From a virus: a stretch of DNA of 64,000 nucleotides. Shown here one piece after another: positions 9,014 to 18,257 of the stretch; position 1 is the first letter of the stretch; each line of letters starts with the position of its first letter. Where the stretch lies: IMG/VR virus record IMGVR_UViG_3300044808_000010, positions 6,891-70,890 of that record, one strand, 5' to 3'. The notes under the pieces were generated by a model, which saw only the letters and a list, made by a program, of their open reading frames with translations, was not told where the DNA came from and made no database searches. A program made the position numbers and the translations under genes.

Positions 9014-9390
9014 TGGGTATCATGCCTGACGACGCGTATCTGCGAGACTTGCGCGATCCGTTTCATCCGCTACACCTGAAACGTAACGGCAGTGGGAGTT
9101 GCACAACGCGATATGACTGCTGCGAGCTTTTCGGTTGCGTCTTTGGTCACACGGAAGGCTGCTACGATCATCGCAACCAAGAAACCATGAACTATGGGGC
9201 TGCGATCTTTCGCTCCAAGCAAGGGCAACCGAACGCTCCAACAGTAATGAAACTCGAGTGCTTCAACAAAGAAGAGGCGGCCAAGGCGGAGGCGTACATG
9301 AAAAGAAAACATCCAGACGTGCCATTTTTTGCAACGTGGCTTACATGGCCGCATTTGTCCCCCATGGGGGAGAAAGGAGCGCCTGCATGA
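9013..9390 (+). CDS. hypothetical protein
   Basis: TAATG overlap; ends over palindrome copy 4. Confidence 0.55.
   Translation: MGIMPDDAYLRDLRDPFHPLHLKRNGSGSCTTRYDCCELFGCVFGHTEGCYDHRNQETMNYGAAIFRSKQGQPNAPTVMKLECFNKEEAAKAEAYMKRKHPDVPFFATWLTWPHLSPMGEKGAPA
9358..9371. repeat. dispersed palindrome copy 4 TCCCCCATGGGGGA
   Basis: SPMGE; abuts the RBS of the 9387 gene. Confidence 0.95.
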
Positions 9391-10361
9391 CGCCTGAAGC
9401 CTTAACTGATACCGCGCTCTCAATGGACGAACAAAGCGAACTCGCTGATTGTGAGGCTCGCGTTGAACGCGGGCTTGAAACGGCGCTAGACTGCGTTGAG
9501 GCACTTCGCACAATTCATAAGAAGCGCCTCTTCCGGCAAACTCACGCCACCTTTGAACTCTACTTCGAAGAACGCTGGGGACGAAAAAAGAGCCAGATGT
9601 ATCGCCTGCTCGCCGCCGCCGACGTGCGTGAGAACGTTCCTCAAATTGAAACTGAACGACAGGCGCGAGAGTTGGTTGGCCTCGCTCCGGAGATCCAGCA
9701 GGCCGCCTACACTATCGCGGAACTCGTGGCCCCAAAAGACGCCGAAGATAAGCCAATCATCACGGCATCGCTTTTGAAGAACTGCGTAGAAGGCGTGCAG
9801 GAAGAAGTGCGCGACGTGCTCCAGGGACACATGACGGACGAACACGGCGATCCCCGGCCTTTGTCTCAATTAACACCGCTGATGCAATCCAATGTAGTCG
9901 AGCGCCTGCGAGAGAAAACGCTGCGCCAGGCTGAGAAAATCCGCACCAGCATGGATCAAAGAGCCGCCCGGGCGCACGCCGCCGGCCAGCAAAAGGATGT
10001 CCCCGCCCAGCCCGCGTCAATCTTCTTGATGTACCTGATCCGCGAACTGACGCGCGCGATCGAGTACGTCAAAGAAGAAAAGGGGAGTCTGCATCCGCGC
10101 TACTTCGCGCCCTACCATCTGGCAAAGAGCGCAATTGGTGAAGCGCTGGAAGGTAGCGAGGTGTCGTTACTGCCGGACAAGGTAAGCATTGAAGGGGAAT
10201 GCGAAAGGTGCGGCCACGGCGAGACGGTGCGCGATACCGTGCTGACCGCGCAGCATGAGGGCCACGTCAAGAGTTTACGGATTAAGCTCTGCGACTTCTG
10301 CGTTTCGATCTACGAAAAAGTAATAGACCTTACGCCGAATGGAGAGGTGGTGGCGCGGTGA
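9387..10361 (+). CDS. putative DNA-binding protein (ELADCEARVERGL...RLFRQTHATFELYFEERWG family)
   Basis: RBS AAAGGAG; HTH-like TFELYFEERWGRKKSQMYRLLAAA; C-terminal CxxC pairs. Confidence 0.7.
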   Translation: MTPEALTDTALSMDEQSELADCEARVERGLETALDCVEALRTIHKKRLFRQTHATFELYFEERWGRKKSQMYRLLAAADVRENVPQIETERQARELVGLAPEIQQAAYTIAELVAPKDAEDKPIITASLLKNCVEGVQEEVRDVLQGHMTDEHGDPRPLSQLTPLMQSNVVERLREKTLRQAEKIRTSMDQRAARAHAAGQQKDVPAQPASIFLMYLIRELTRAIEYVKEEKGSLHPRYFAPYHLAKSAIGEALEGSEVSLLPDKVSIEGECERCGHGETVRDTVLTAQHEGHVKSLRIKLCDFCVSIYEKVIDLTPNGEVVAR

Positions 10362-10603
10362 AGACAGTTTTCAGCGAGTGGAAAGGCTACCGCCAGCAGG
10401 TGATGCCGCCAGCCTGCTCGCCCGTACAGGAGCAGGAAACCAAGCGAGCCTTCTACGCTGGCGCGGCCTGCATGTTCTATCTCATTACTGGCATTCCTCT
10501 GAGCGATGGCGACGAGGTGGCTGACGCGGACATAGCGGCGATGGCTCGTGTGAAATCTGAAATTGACGACTACTATCAACGAATGAAAGAAGGGAAAGAA
10601 TAG
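10358..10603 (+). CDS. hypothetical phage protein (QxxETxRAFYAGA family)
   Basis: Recurring phage motif; GTGA overlap. Confidence 0.7.
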   Translation: MKTVFSEWKGYRQQVMPPACSPVQEQETKRAFYAGAACMFYLITGIPLSDGDEVADADIAAMARVKSEIDDYYQRMKEGKE

Positions 10604-10605
10604 CC

Positions 10606-10956
10606 ATGCAAAACGAACAAGCAACCACTGAAAACTTTGCGCTCACGCCCAGACAGCGACCGCTACCGAGCCGCTGGTTTCGCCGCGCTCTCTATTGGCT
10701 GTTTCCGCCGAACTATGATAAGTGGCCCGATACAATGGAAGGACGTCACGTTGTCTCGATAACTACTGACATCTTTCTTGGGTGGCGGGATCGCCTGCGA
10801 ATTCTATGCGGCGGAGTGCTGCGCCTTGATACGATCACACGCTCCACAGGCGAGTCAACGGAAGCCCAACCTTACGGCCCGATGGACAGCACGTCGGCAA
10901 TAGAAATCCGACCGCCGTTCATTACTAAACGTCCCCCAGTGGGGGAGGTGCGATGA
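10606..10956 (+). CDS. hypothetical protein
   Basis: Operon context. Confidence 0.6.
   Translation: MQNEQATTENFALTPRQRPLPSRWFRRALYWLFPPNYDKWPDTMEGRHVVSITTDIFLGWRDRLRILCGGVLRLDTITRSTGESTEAQPYGPMDSTSAIEIRPPFITKRPPVGEVR
10932..10946. repeat. dispersed palindrome copy 5 TCCCCCAGTGGGGGA
   Basis: PPVGE at gene end. Confidence 0.95.
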
Positions 10957-11159
10957 AACCCATAGAAATCTACAGCGGCCTCGACCGCCTCCCCGCCGAG
11001 TATCTGGCGCGCAATCAATCCGAGCCTGAGCGCATCGCTAAGATCAAAGCCGAAGCGCAGGCCCGTCGCGCAGCCAAGAACGCGCGCCGCGCCCAGCGAA
11101 TGCTCGGTAAACCATTCCAAGTGGATTTACGAAAGGTGAAAGCCGATGGAGAAGTTTAG
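10953..11159 (+). CDS. small basic protein
   Basis: ATGA overlap; its RBS GGAGG overlaps palindrome copy 5. Confidence 0.55.
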   Translation: MKPIEIYSGLDRLPAEYLARNQSEPERIAKIKAEAQARRAAKNARRAQRMLGKPFQVDLRKVKADGEV

Positions 11160-11325
11160 GTATTATGTCGTCGTGGAACATGGCGGAACGTTTCACGGCA
11201 AAGCGGTCACGCTCGACTGTGAACTGGATACCCATGAACTCATTCTGGCGGTCGCCGAACAGATCAAGACCAAGGAACTGTGGGACGGGAAAGTCACCGT
11301 CATTAGCTGGAGGTTGATATCGTGA
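11146..11325 (+). CDS. 59-aa hypothetical protein (not in ORF track)
   Basis: MEKFRYYVVVEHGG...VISWRLIS; fills the gap and overlaps both neighbours. Confidence 0.5.
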   Translation: MEKFRYYVVVEHGGTFHGKAVTLDCELDTHELILAVAEQIKTKELWDGKVTVISWRLIS

Positions 11326-11771
11326 TTATTCTGGGCATCGACCCAGGCGCGAGCGGTGCGATTGCCTCTTTCCAGCCCGGCGAGCCACAACCCGTCGAGA
11401 CAATTAAACTGACCGCCACAGAACGCGACATTGCTGACTTCCTTGGGATACGAGTCTTCGCCCACGCTTTTGCTTACCTTGAGCGCGTCCACGCCTTCCC
11501 GAAACAGGGAGTCTCGGGTGTTTTCACCTTCGGGCAATCCTATGGATTCCTGCGTGGGCTTCTGGTGGGCCTCGAATTACCGTTTGAAGAGGTTACGCCG
11601 CAGCGCTGGCAGAAGGCCATGGGCTGCATGAGTAAAGGCGACAAAAACGTCACCAAGGCACGCGCACAGCAACTTTTCCCTGAGATCAAAATCACTCACG
11701 CCATTGCTGATGCAATCCTGATAGCTGAGTACGGCAGACGCCTCCGCGCTGGCGAACTCCACAAAAACTAA
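11322..11771 (+). CDS. RuvC-like Holliday junction resolvase
   Basis: ILGIDPGASGA, AYLERV, FTFGQSYG, VTPQRWQKAM, ADAILIA. Confidence 0.9.
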   Translation: MIILGIDPGASGAIASFQPGEPQPVETIKLTATERDIADFLGIRVFAHAFAYLERVHAFPKQGVSGVFTFGQSYGFLRGLLVGLELPFEEVTPQRWQKAMGCMSKGDKNVTKARAQQLFPEIKITHAIADAILIAEYGRRLRAGELHKN

Positions 11772-11803
11772 AAAGGCGCTACAGCCCATAAGCCGTAGCG
11801 CCC
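11770..11803 (-). terminator. intrinsic terminator at the convergence of the two main operons
   Basis: Minus strand GGCGCTACGGC-TTATGG-GCTGTAGCGCC-TTTTT. Confidence 0.75.
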
Positions 11804-11828
11804 ACCACGCCATCCGTGGATTTCAGGA

Positions 11829-12131
11829 TTAGAAAGTCTCTACCTCAAGATAAATCTTGTCCGCAGCGCCTACCGCGAAGATTCGCAACTGCCCTAAATC
11901 AACATTCCGAAACGTGGCGTTCTCGCCCTGCGTCAATTGCTTGCCCTGCGCTAACCCTGTCAGCGCTGTAGGGCGCACTGCAATTGCAATTGGTCCCGCC
12001 GTCTCGCACCTTACTTCGACGCGGCGCCCGTTCGGGAAGAAGCCAGCGGCAGACGCCAGCGATGCAGCCGTCTGGTCGCCGTCCGCCAGATCGTAGACTT
12101 GCCCTAAATGGCTGGTGTTTGAAAGTGCCAT
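11829..12131 (-). CDS. small virion structural protein
   Basis: Beta-rich; end of late operon. Confidence 0.6.
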   Translation of the reverse strand: MALSNTSHLGQVYDLADGDQTAASLASAAGFFPNGRRVEVRCETAGPIAIAVRPTALTGLAQGKQLTQGENATFRNVDLGQLRIFAVGAADKIYLEVETF

Positions 12132-12136
12132 AAGGT

Positions 12137-12724
12137 TTACTGCGCGGCCGGTTGAATCATCTGAAAGTTAGTGCCGTCGTAAATCGCCAGTACTACGCTT
12201 CCCGCCTTAATGAAGTTATCGCCGGGGTCGGTGGACACGCCTCGCTTGAGCGCCTTCGCGCCAAGCCCATTCACGTTAATCGAGCAAGCGCCTGTGTTCG
12301 CGGTAGCGGCAGTGAACGCGATGTACATTCCGGTTGTGTAGGCCGCTGGCGCTGGTGCCAGCGTGATGACGTAGGTATCGTTGCTTCCCGCATCGGCGGC
12401 AAAGTTAAGCGCGCCCTGCACTGTCGCATTGCCTGTCACCAGCGCGGTACTCGAAAAAGTCGAAGCGCCCGTGGTCGCCAGCGTTCCCGCGATGGTAGTG
12501 TTTCCACTCGCCTCGGTAACGATGACCTTGTTAGTGCCGATTGTCGTCGAGGTGCCGTCAGAGCAGATGACGGTGGTGGAGATCGCGCCGGAGCCGCTGG
12601 ACTTCGGGACGCAGTTGGCCGTCACCGAGCCCCGAACCCCGCCAGCATAAGTATTCTGCGCAACCGAAGTGCCGGCCGCGAAGGCCAGCACCAGGAGCGC
12701 CATCAAGAAGTGAAGTCGTTTCAT
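12137..12724 (-). CDS. tail-fibre-like protein with signal-peptide-like N-terminus
   Basis: MKRLHFLMALLVLAFAAGTSVAQ; DAGSNDTY...ANTGACSINVNGLG domain shared with 13937-15334. Confidence 0.7.
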   Translation of the reverse strand: MKRLHFLMALLVLAFAAGTSVAQNTYAGGVRGSVTANCVPKSSGSGAISTTVICSDGTSTTIGTNKVIVTEASGNTTIAGTLATTGASTFSSTALVTGNATVQGALNFAADAGSNDTYVITLAPAPAAYTTGMYIAFTAATANTGACSINVNGLGAKALKRGVSTDPGDNFIKAGSVVLAIYDGTNFQMIQPAAQ

Positions 12725-12742
12725 TGAGTCTCCCAAAAACTG

Positions 12743-12756
12743 TCCCCCATGGGGGA
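12743..12756. repeat. dispersed palindrome copy 6 TCCCCCATGGGGGA
   Basis: Intergenic. Confidence 0.95.
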
Positions 12757-12761
12757 GAAAA

Positions 12762-13268
12762 TTAGAGGCCGGTCGCGTGAACCGCGTACATGATCTTAAA
12801 CCGCAGAGGCGATCCTGTGCCGCCGTATTCACCGTCGCCGGTGTTATGCAGCACCAAAGCCTTGTTCGCGGTCAGTAGCGCATCCTTGATTGGAACGCAC
12901 TGGATCATCTTGTCGGCGGTGGCGTCTAGGAACCCCGTCGCCTCGATGGTGTCGGAGACAGCCGCGCCGGATCCGTTCTCCACTTTGACGGCCATGTTGT
13001 CAGCCGACTCGGTGTAGGCCGCTGCATAGTCGTAAATCAGCACCATACCGAGAAACTGCAGCACCTTGCCCGCGCCGGGGGCTGGAACGAGTTCCTTGGG
13101 CGTAGCGCGCAGGGCCAGCATCTCCGTGATCGAGATCGATCCTTCGATGCTCGCGTAGGGCGAATCCTCAATGTCGGTTGATCCGACCGAGGCAAACCGT
13201 GGATTGCGCCCTCGCGTAACCGTTCCGGCGTTAATACCGCCGCTCATTGTTCTTGTAACTTCAGCCAT
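12762..13268 (-). CDS. structural protein (LxATPxELVPAPGAGK family)
   Basis: RBS GGAGG; late operon. Confidence 0.65.
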   Translation of the reverse strand: MAEVTRTMSGGINAGTVTRGRNPRFASVGSTDIEDSPYASIEGSISITEMLALRATPKELVPAPGAGKVLQFLGMVLIYDYAAAYTESADNMAVKVENGSGAAVSDTIEATGFLDATADKMIQCVPIKDALLTANKALVLHNTGDGEYGGTGSPLRFKIMYAVHATGL

Positions 13269-13342
13269 TTAGTGTGTCCTCCAGACCCGTCAAGATATAC
13301 AGGAAGTTTTCAGCAATGCAACCTTTTTGCGGAAGCGCGAAC

Positions 13343-13822
13343 TTATTTCGGTTCGGGATCGTGCTCTGCGCTTTCGGGCTCCAGCGACTTTTCTTGTTGG
13401 ATAGCCACCATCTTTACATCGTCAGGAGGCCGCGAATTAGCCGCTTCCGCCTCCGCTTTCCGCATGACAAAGGCCATGCCGCCTGCCGTCTCCCGTTCCG
13501 CTGCTCCTACCTTTGGATTCGGATCAACCATCCGGGCTTCCATGAGTTCCAGTAATTGCGTCCGTTCCGCTGGCGTCAGCGTTTCATCTACCAGTTTGGC
13601 GAGCAGGTCGTCGGCTATGTGAAATTCCGCGCTGGGGTGGGTCAGGTCTTTCGCCATCTTAGCCTGGACCACCGCCCAAAATGGCTCTATTTTCGTCTCC
13701 GTCTTGGCCGCGCTGTCCTCCAGCTTTCTCACTCGCCCATATAACGCAACAACACCCGCCAGTAGTGCGCTAGCGAATACTGTGAGCAGGGAGATGAGAA
13801 TGGTTTTGATGGTCGGGTTCAT
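13343..13822 (-). CDS. membrane-anchored protein
   Basis: Single N-terminal hydrophobic helix followed by a coiled coil. Confidence 0.65.
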   Translation of the reverse strand: MNPTIKTILISLLTVFASALLAGVVALYGRVRKLEDSAAKTETKIEPFWAVVQAKMAKDLTHPSAEFHIADDLLAKLVDETLTPAERTQLLELMEARMVDPNPKVGAAERETAGGMAFVMRKAEAEAANSRPPDDVKMVAIQQEKSLEPESAEHDPEPK

Positions 13823-13936
13823 GCACCATTCTCACGCTTTCAATTCAGTTGCGCCTTGCGCGGGTTCCACGGATTGCCGAAGATGATGGCTATCCAGATA
13901 CCAGCGAGGATGTAGGCGAGGGGTTTGCACATCTCG

Positions 13937-15334
13937 TCACCTTGCGCGACGGGCGGAGATAGTCCCGTAAGCTGTCATCGTGCTGATCGCGAAGGATGCT
14001 TTACCAACTAGATAGATCGTGGTCGTGGCTGCGAGTGAAATACGCTGGTAAGGGATGTTCTCAGCAAGTAGTGAACCGAGCACTGTACCAGAAAGATTAC
14101 CACCGCTAGATGACGTGAACGTGCCCTCACCACCAAGTGTATTGTCTGTCGAGCTTGCGCCTTGCTGTACGAAAGACGTAGTGGTTGTGGCAGCGGGGAT
14201 ATAATCTACGATGCCGTAAACATCCCAATCTCCAGCAGTAAGACTAACGCTCGTGATGGTCTTGGCAGTTCCCGTGCTGAGACTTGTGGCGCTGCCGCTG
14301 GCGAGCGAGGCCGTGAGAAACTCTCCGATGAACCCGGCGGGAGCGTTGCTGTTGGTGGCTGTCCCGGCTAATATCGCCCCCTCACTAGAGTCTATGGATA
14401 TTCCGCCGTTAAGAATTATCTTGATTCCATCAATGATGCCCTCAGGCAGAAACATTATGTCGCCGCCTAAAACGCTTATATGATCACCCGACCAATCGAT
14501 CGCCGCCGTTCCCGGCCCTCCCGCGCCGTCATCTAACATCAGTTGGCGCGTGTTGAAATTTGCTGATTGAAGATCGCCGTTGTCGCGGATGATCACTTCC
14601 GAGTTGTCTGAAATATGACTAGCAACTAAATTAGTCCCATCACTCTTAGGAACTACATTTGCCCCTGCGGAGTTGGTAATCCCCGACGCTGGCGCATTCC
14701 CCAGCGTGCTCTGAATCTGAAAATTCGATCCCGTCGCAATCACACCATCAACCCACTGCCCGGCGCGAATATCATTGTCGGCAAGCGCGGTAGTGATCCC
14801 ACCCGCTACTTTTACAATCGTCAGCGCGCCCAGCGTATTGAAGTTCACCGTCGCCGCGCCCGTATTTGCCGTGTTGGCTCTGAAGCGCAGATGCGTGCCG
14901 ACCACGTAAGCAGCGGGTACAGGAGCCAAGTTGCAAGCGTAGGTATCATTCGCTCCGGCGTCAGAGCAGAACAGCGGCGTGCTCATGTCTGTTGCGGTTG
15001 CGGCGCGCGGCACTCCAGTTGTCGTGGTATTCGCTAACGGCCCTGTCGGCAATGTTCCCAGCGCAAACTCATTTGAGAGGCCGCTATTGGCTGTTTCAGT
15101 GATGTAGGTGGCGTCTGTCGCGCCGCTGGCCGCCGAGGCGTCTATCTGCGTGCAAGTGCTGGTGGCGCTGCCCTGGTAGACCTTATGCGTGGTGGCGTTG
15201 CTGTAAAGTTTCCCCGGCGCACAGACCGTTGGTGGATTTGCGGAAGTGAAAATGATCCTTTGGCTCTGCGTCCCCTGCCCGAACGTCGAGGCGGCAGAGA
15301 GTAAGAAAGCGAGAATTGTGATAATGCGTTTCAT
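13937..15334 (-). CDS. tail-fibre-like protein with signal-peptide-like N-terminus
   Basis: MKRIITILAFLLSAASTFGQ; G/A/T/S-rich; C-terminal ITSVSLTAGDWDV...ISARRAR fibre-tip-like domain. Confidence 0.75.
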   Translation of the reverse strand: MKRIITILAFLLSAASTFGQGTQSQRIIFTSANPPTVCAPGKLYSNATTHKVYQGSATSTCTQIDASAASGATDATYITETANSGLSNEFALGTLPTGPLANTTTTGVPRAATATDMSTPLFCSDAGANDTYACNLAPVPAAYVVGTHLRFRANTANTGAATVNFNTLGALTIVKVAGGITTALADNDIRAGQWVDGVIATGSNFQIQSTLGNAPASGITNSAGANVVPKSDGTNLVASHISDNSEVIIRDNGDLQSANFNTRQLMLDDGAGGPGTAAIDWSGDHISVLGGDIMFLPEGIIDGIKIILNGGISIDSSEGAILAGTATNSNAPAGFIGEFLTASLASGSATSLSTGTAKTITSVSLTAGDWDVYGIVDYIPAATTTTSFVQQGASSTDNTLGGEGTFTSSSGGNLSGTVLGSLLAENIPYQRISLAATTTIYLVGKASFAISTMTAYGTISARRAR

Positions 15335-15344
15335 GGTTTACCTC

Positions 15345-17597
15345 TTATGGAGCGCTACGACTGATTTCCACCCAAATGCCCTCTTGTTCAAGAAGCGTAA
15401 TGCTCTTGCGGTTGGCCGACGTGAATGTTCCAGTTAGCGCAAAGTGGCCACCGTTGTTGATTGTCATATTGGCGTCGCCACAGAGAATTGTAAGCAACTG
15501 CCCTAATACCCCATTGGTTAAATTCGTGATGGTTGTAGGCACTGCAAAGTTTGCGGAGACAAAGGCACGGCCCTTCACGGAAGGTGTTGCGCTATCTGCC
15601 AATTCTGCTAAATAAGTAAGGGACACAGAACTTGTAGTTCGAACGCCCCCAATCGTATCCCCATAGAGAGGGGTGTTATCCAGTTCTCCCGCGTTGTTCA
15701 TGGTCGGCCCCTGACCAGCGACATTTAGGACTACGGGGCCATTGAAAACATCGCCGTTGAACGAGACGTAAGGGTCAACGGCAACGAGCGGGGGGACTGG
15801 CGTAGTATTGTAGATACCAAGAATCGTCGCAGAGATGTTGTTTCCGCTTAGATAAACGTAGGTGTTGGCGGTGCCAGCAATAGCAATCCCGTACTTATAG
15901 TTAATTGCTGCCTGCGTTTTCTGAACGATGTTATGTGAAATATAGAGGTGGTTTGGCTGATCTTCGCCGGGATAGTAGGAAAGGAACGTGCCAAGTCCTG
16001 TCCCGCTGTCGATGCCGGAAGCGTAATTCCCCTGAACGGACGCTGTGCCCAATACCCGAATACACGTTACGTTATTTCCCGCAACGCTGTTGACAAAAAC
16101 ATTATTAGCGATGAGGACGCCAAAGTCTTGGGTGTTGTCGGCGTAGAGAAAATTCCTGGTTATAACATCCACGCCATAAGCTCCGGATGCGGTTGATCCG
16201 TAACCGAGTTGAGTAAATACATTGTTCGCCACCACCGCAGACGAAATACTGTGAGTGGCGTCGTAATTAGATTCCCCTAATCCGATCCCTTTGTAGGCTA
16301 TTCGCTTAAAAGAATTATTCACTACACGAATATTGTCGCCCAACACTGCGATGGCGAAATTGACATCTTCAAAACTACAGCCATCAATGAGTGTCCCGTC
16401 TCCGTCATAGGTATTGGTGTCAAAGCACCCCGTGGCGTTTGCGCTCAGCACGTTCTTGAAATTGCTATTGAGCACTCGCATGTTTTTGTATGCGCCGAGC
16501 ACCATAACAGTCTCGCCTGTTGAACCATTGAACTCCACACGTTCAATGGTGAAATTGTCATTTCGAGTGATGATCATGGAGCGGTTACAGGTCAGTCCGC
16601 CAAAGGTACAGGTGCCCATCGTGGTCGTACCCGTAATGGTCAGGTCGCGAATGGAGTTATTGCTATCCGTAGTCACGTTGGAAGCAGACCGAAATGAAAC
16701 GGTTCCACCGACACCCACCCATCCACCATTAGCCTGCCGAGCAGCGTCAGTCATCACCGTGCCATCAATAATTGTTTTCCCGATACCCGCGCCGCGCAAC
16801 TCCACGTTGCTTCTACCGTAGACGCCAACATTGCTGCTTAGCTTGTAGGTTCCCGGCGGGAAAAAAATTACCTTGTTTCCGGCTATCGAATTTATAGCCG
16901 CCTGAATTGCGGGGGCGTCGTCAGCAACCCCGTCTCCCACTGCGCCGTAAGCGGGATCTTTTACATTCAGAACTCCAAGCGGCGAGTTGATACGCGGATC
17001 ATTGTCTCCCACCGCAATCGGATTCACACTTGATGCTGGCGCAACGCTTAGTTTTGCTTTTCCTTTAAATACATCTGAGGCGTCTGCCACTGGCAGGACT
17101 TGATTGATGAGCGTCTGGACTTGCACCGTGTCAGGGAAGCCGGGGCGCGGCGGGGCGGGAGCCGTAGTGTTCCACGTCACCAACTGCGCAATCGTCATCG
17201 TCGCGCCATAGGCTGTAGGCCAGACGATGTTCCCTGCGTTCACGCCGGACAAAAGCGTGTCCCGCTTAGTTGCGCCGGAATAGAAAATGAAGATGTAGCG
17301 GCTGGTGTTCGGGCGTCCGTCGATGTTTGAAGGCAGCGTGAAGCTCGGAACCGTGAGCGTTGTTCCGTTCAACGTACAGGTGATTGACTTGTAGAAATTA
17401 GCGCCACCAACCGGACTCGCGGCAACCCAAACGCCTGTGGAATCCAGAAAACCTTGGGTCACATAAACGCGCAGCGTAACAGTCCCAGTGTAGCGCCAAG
17501 CGAACTGCGGCTGGAAACTGGAAAGCGTAACGTCCGTCGCCCACGCTGGCGCGCAGAGCATCAAGAGAAAGACAATTGAGAGAAGAATCCGCTTCAA
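15345..17597 (-). CDS. tailspike/depolymerase (pectate-lyase-3-type beta-helix) with signal-peptide-like N-terminus
   Basis: NVKD.YGAVGDGVADDAPAIQAAI, FFPPGTY, beta-helix repeats; TTG start with RBS GGAGG. Confidence 0.85.
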   Translation of the reverse strand: MKRILLSIVFLLMLCAPAWATDVTLSSFQPQFAWRYTGTVTLRVYVTQGFLDSTGVWVAASPVGGANFYKSITCTLNGTTLTVPSFTLPSNIDGRPNTSRYIFIFYSGATKRDTLLSGVNAGNIVWPTAYGATMTIAQLVTWNTTAPAPPRPGFPDTVQVQTLINQVLPVADASDVFKGKAKLSVAPASSVNPIAVGDNDPRINSPLGVLNVKDPAYGAVGDGVADDAPAIQAAINSIAGNKVIFFPPGTYKLSSNVGVYGRSNVELRGAGIGKTIIDGTVMTDAARQANGGWVGVGGTVSFRSASNVTTDSNNSIRDLTITGTTTMGTCTFGGLTCNRSMIITRNDNFTIERVEFNGSTGETVMVLGAYKNMRVLNSNFKNVLSANATGCFDTNTYDGDGTLIDGCSFEDVNFAIAVLGDNIRVVNNSFKRIAYKGIGLGESNYDATHSISSAVVANNVFTQLGYGSTASGAYGVDVITRNFLYADNTQDFGVLIANNVFVNSVAGNNVTCIRVLGTASVQGNYASGIDSGTGLGTFLSYYPGEDQPNHLYISHNIVQKTQAAINYKYGIAIAGTANTYVYLSGNNISATILGIYNTTPVPPLVAVDPYVSFNGDVFNGPVVLNVAGQGPTMNNAGELDNTPLYGDTIGGVRTTSSVSLTYLAELADSATPSVKGRAFVSANFAVPTTITNLTNGVLGQLLTILCGDANMTINNGGHFALTGTFTSANRKSITLLEQEGIWVEISRSAP

Positions 17598-18217
17598 GGT
17601 TTTTTACCTCCACCCATCATTGCGCCGAACGCCGGGCCGCCAAGGAACGCACCACCCGCCGCCATTCCACCGCTGATTAGCGCTGGCAAGATTGTCTCTG
17701 TCCACGGCTTCGGCGTGGTAGATATTCGAGCCCCTGTACTGTACTGGGAAGCGTTTTGGGAACTTCCCAACAACGTAGATTTTCGCGCCCAGTCCGCCTG
17801 CATCAATCCCATCGAGTTTCCTGTCCGCTGGTACAAGTCCTCACCGGACAGCGCGCCCTGGTACGCATTCGCATCGTTCTCCGCATTCACGTTCCCAAGG
17901 TAATCTCGCGTCATTGCCAACGCAGTAGGACTCGCATACGCCGCGCCCAGTCCCGCCGCTCCGGTCGGCACCGCAGTCTGCTCCATCGCCCTGCGCCGCT
18001 GCGCTTCCGGCCCGTAGTTGATTCCAATGAGTCCCGGCGGTGGAGCGCGATAGTCGCCAGCCTCTTTCCAGTCAAAATAGGCTTTGCGCTCTTTTTCAAG
18101 CTGCGACTCAGCCGCAGACGGAACTTCCGCCTTCGCCGCGGCGGCTTCATACCGCGCACGATCCGCAGCGTCGCGTTCCTTCATTTGTTGCGCCAGAGCG
18201 CGATTTCCCTTCGCCAA
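17594..18217 (-). CDS. putative DNA-ejection (pilot) protein
   Basis: Ala/Gln-rich with Gly-rich hydrophobic C-terminus. Confidence 0.55.
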   Translation of the reverse strand: MAKGNRALAQQMKERDAADRARYEAAAAKAEVPSAAESQLEKERKAYFDWKEAGDYRAPPPGLIGINYGPEAQRRRAMEQTAVPTGAAGLGAAYASPTALAMTRDYLGNVNAENDANAYQGALSGEDLYQRTGNSMGLMQADWARKSTLLGSSQNASQYSTGARISTTPKPWTETILPALISGGMAAGGAFLGGPAFGAMMGGGKKP

Positions 18218-18257
18218 TGCTTTTTACCTTTCAGACTGCGGATATCTTTAGTAAACT

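Noticed and set aside
9135-9386. Longer start for the 9387 gene
   Set aside because: It overlaps the upstream gene, and a strong RBS precedes 9387.
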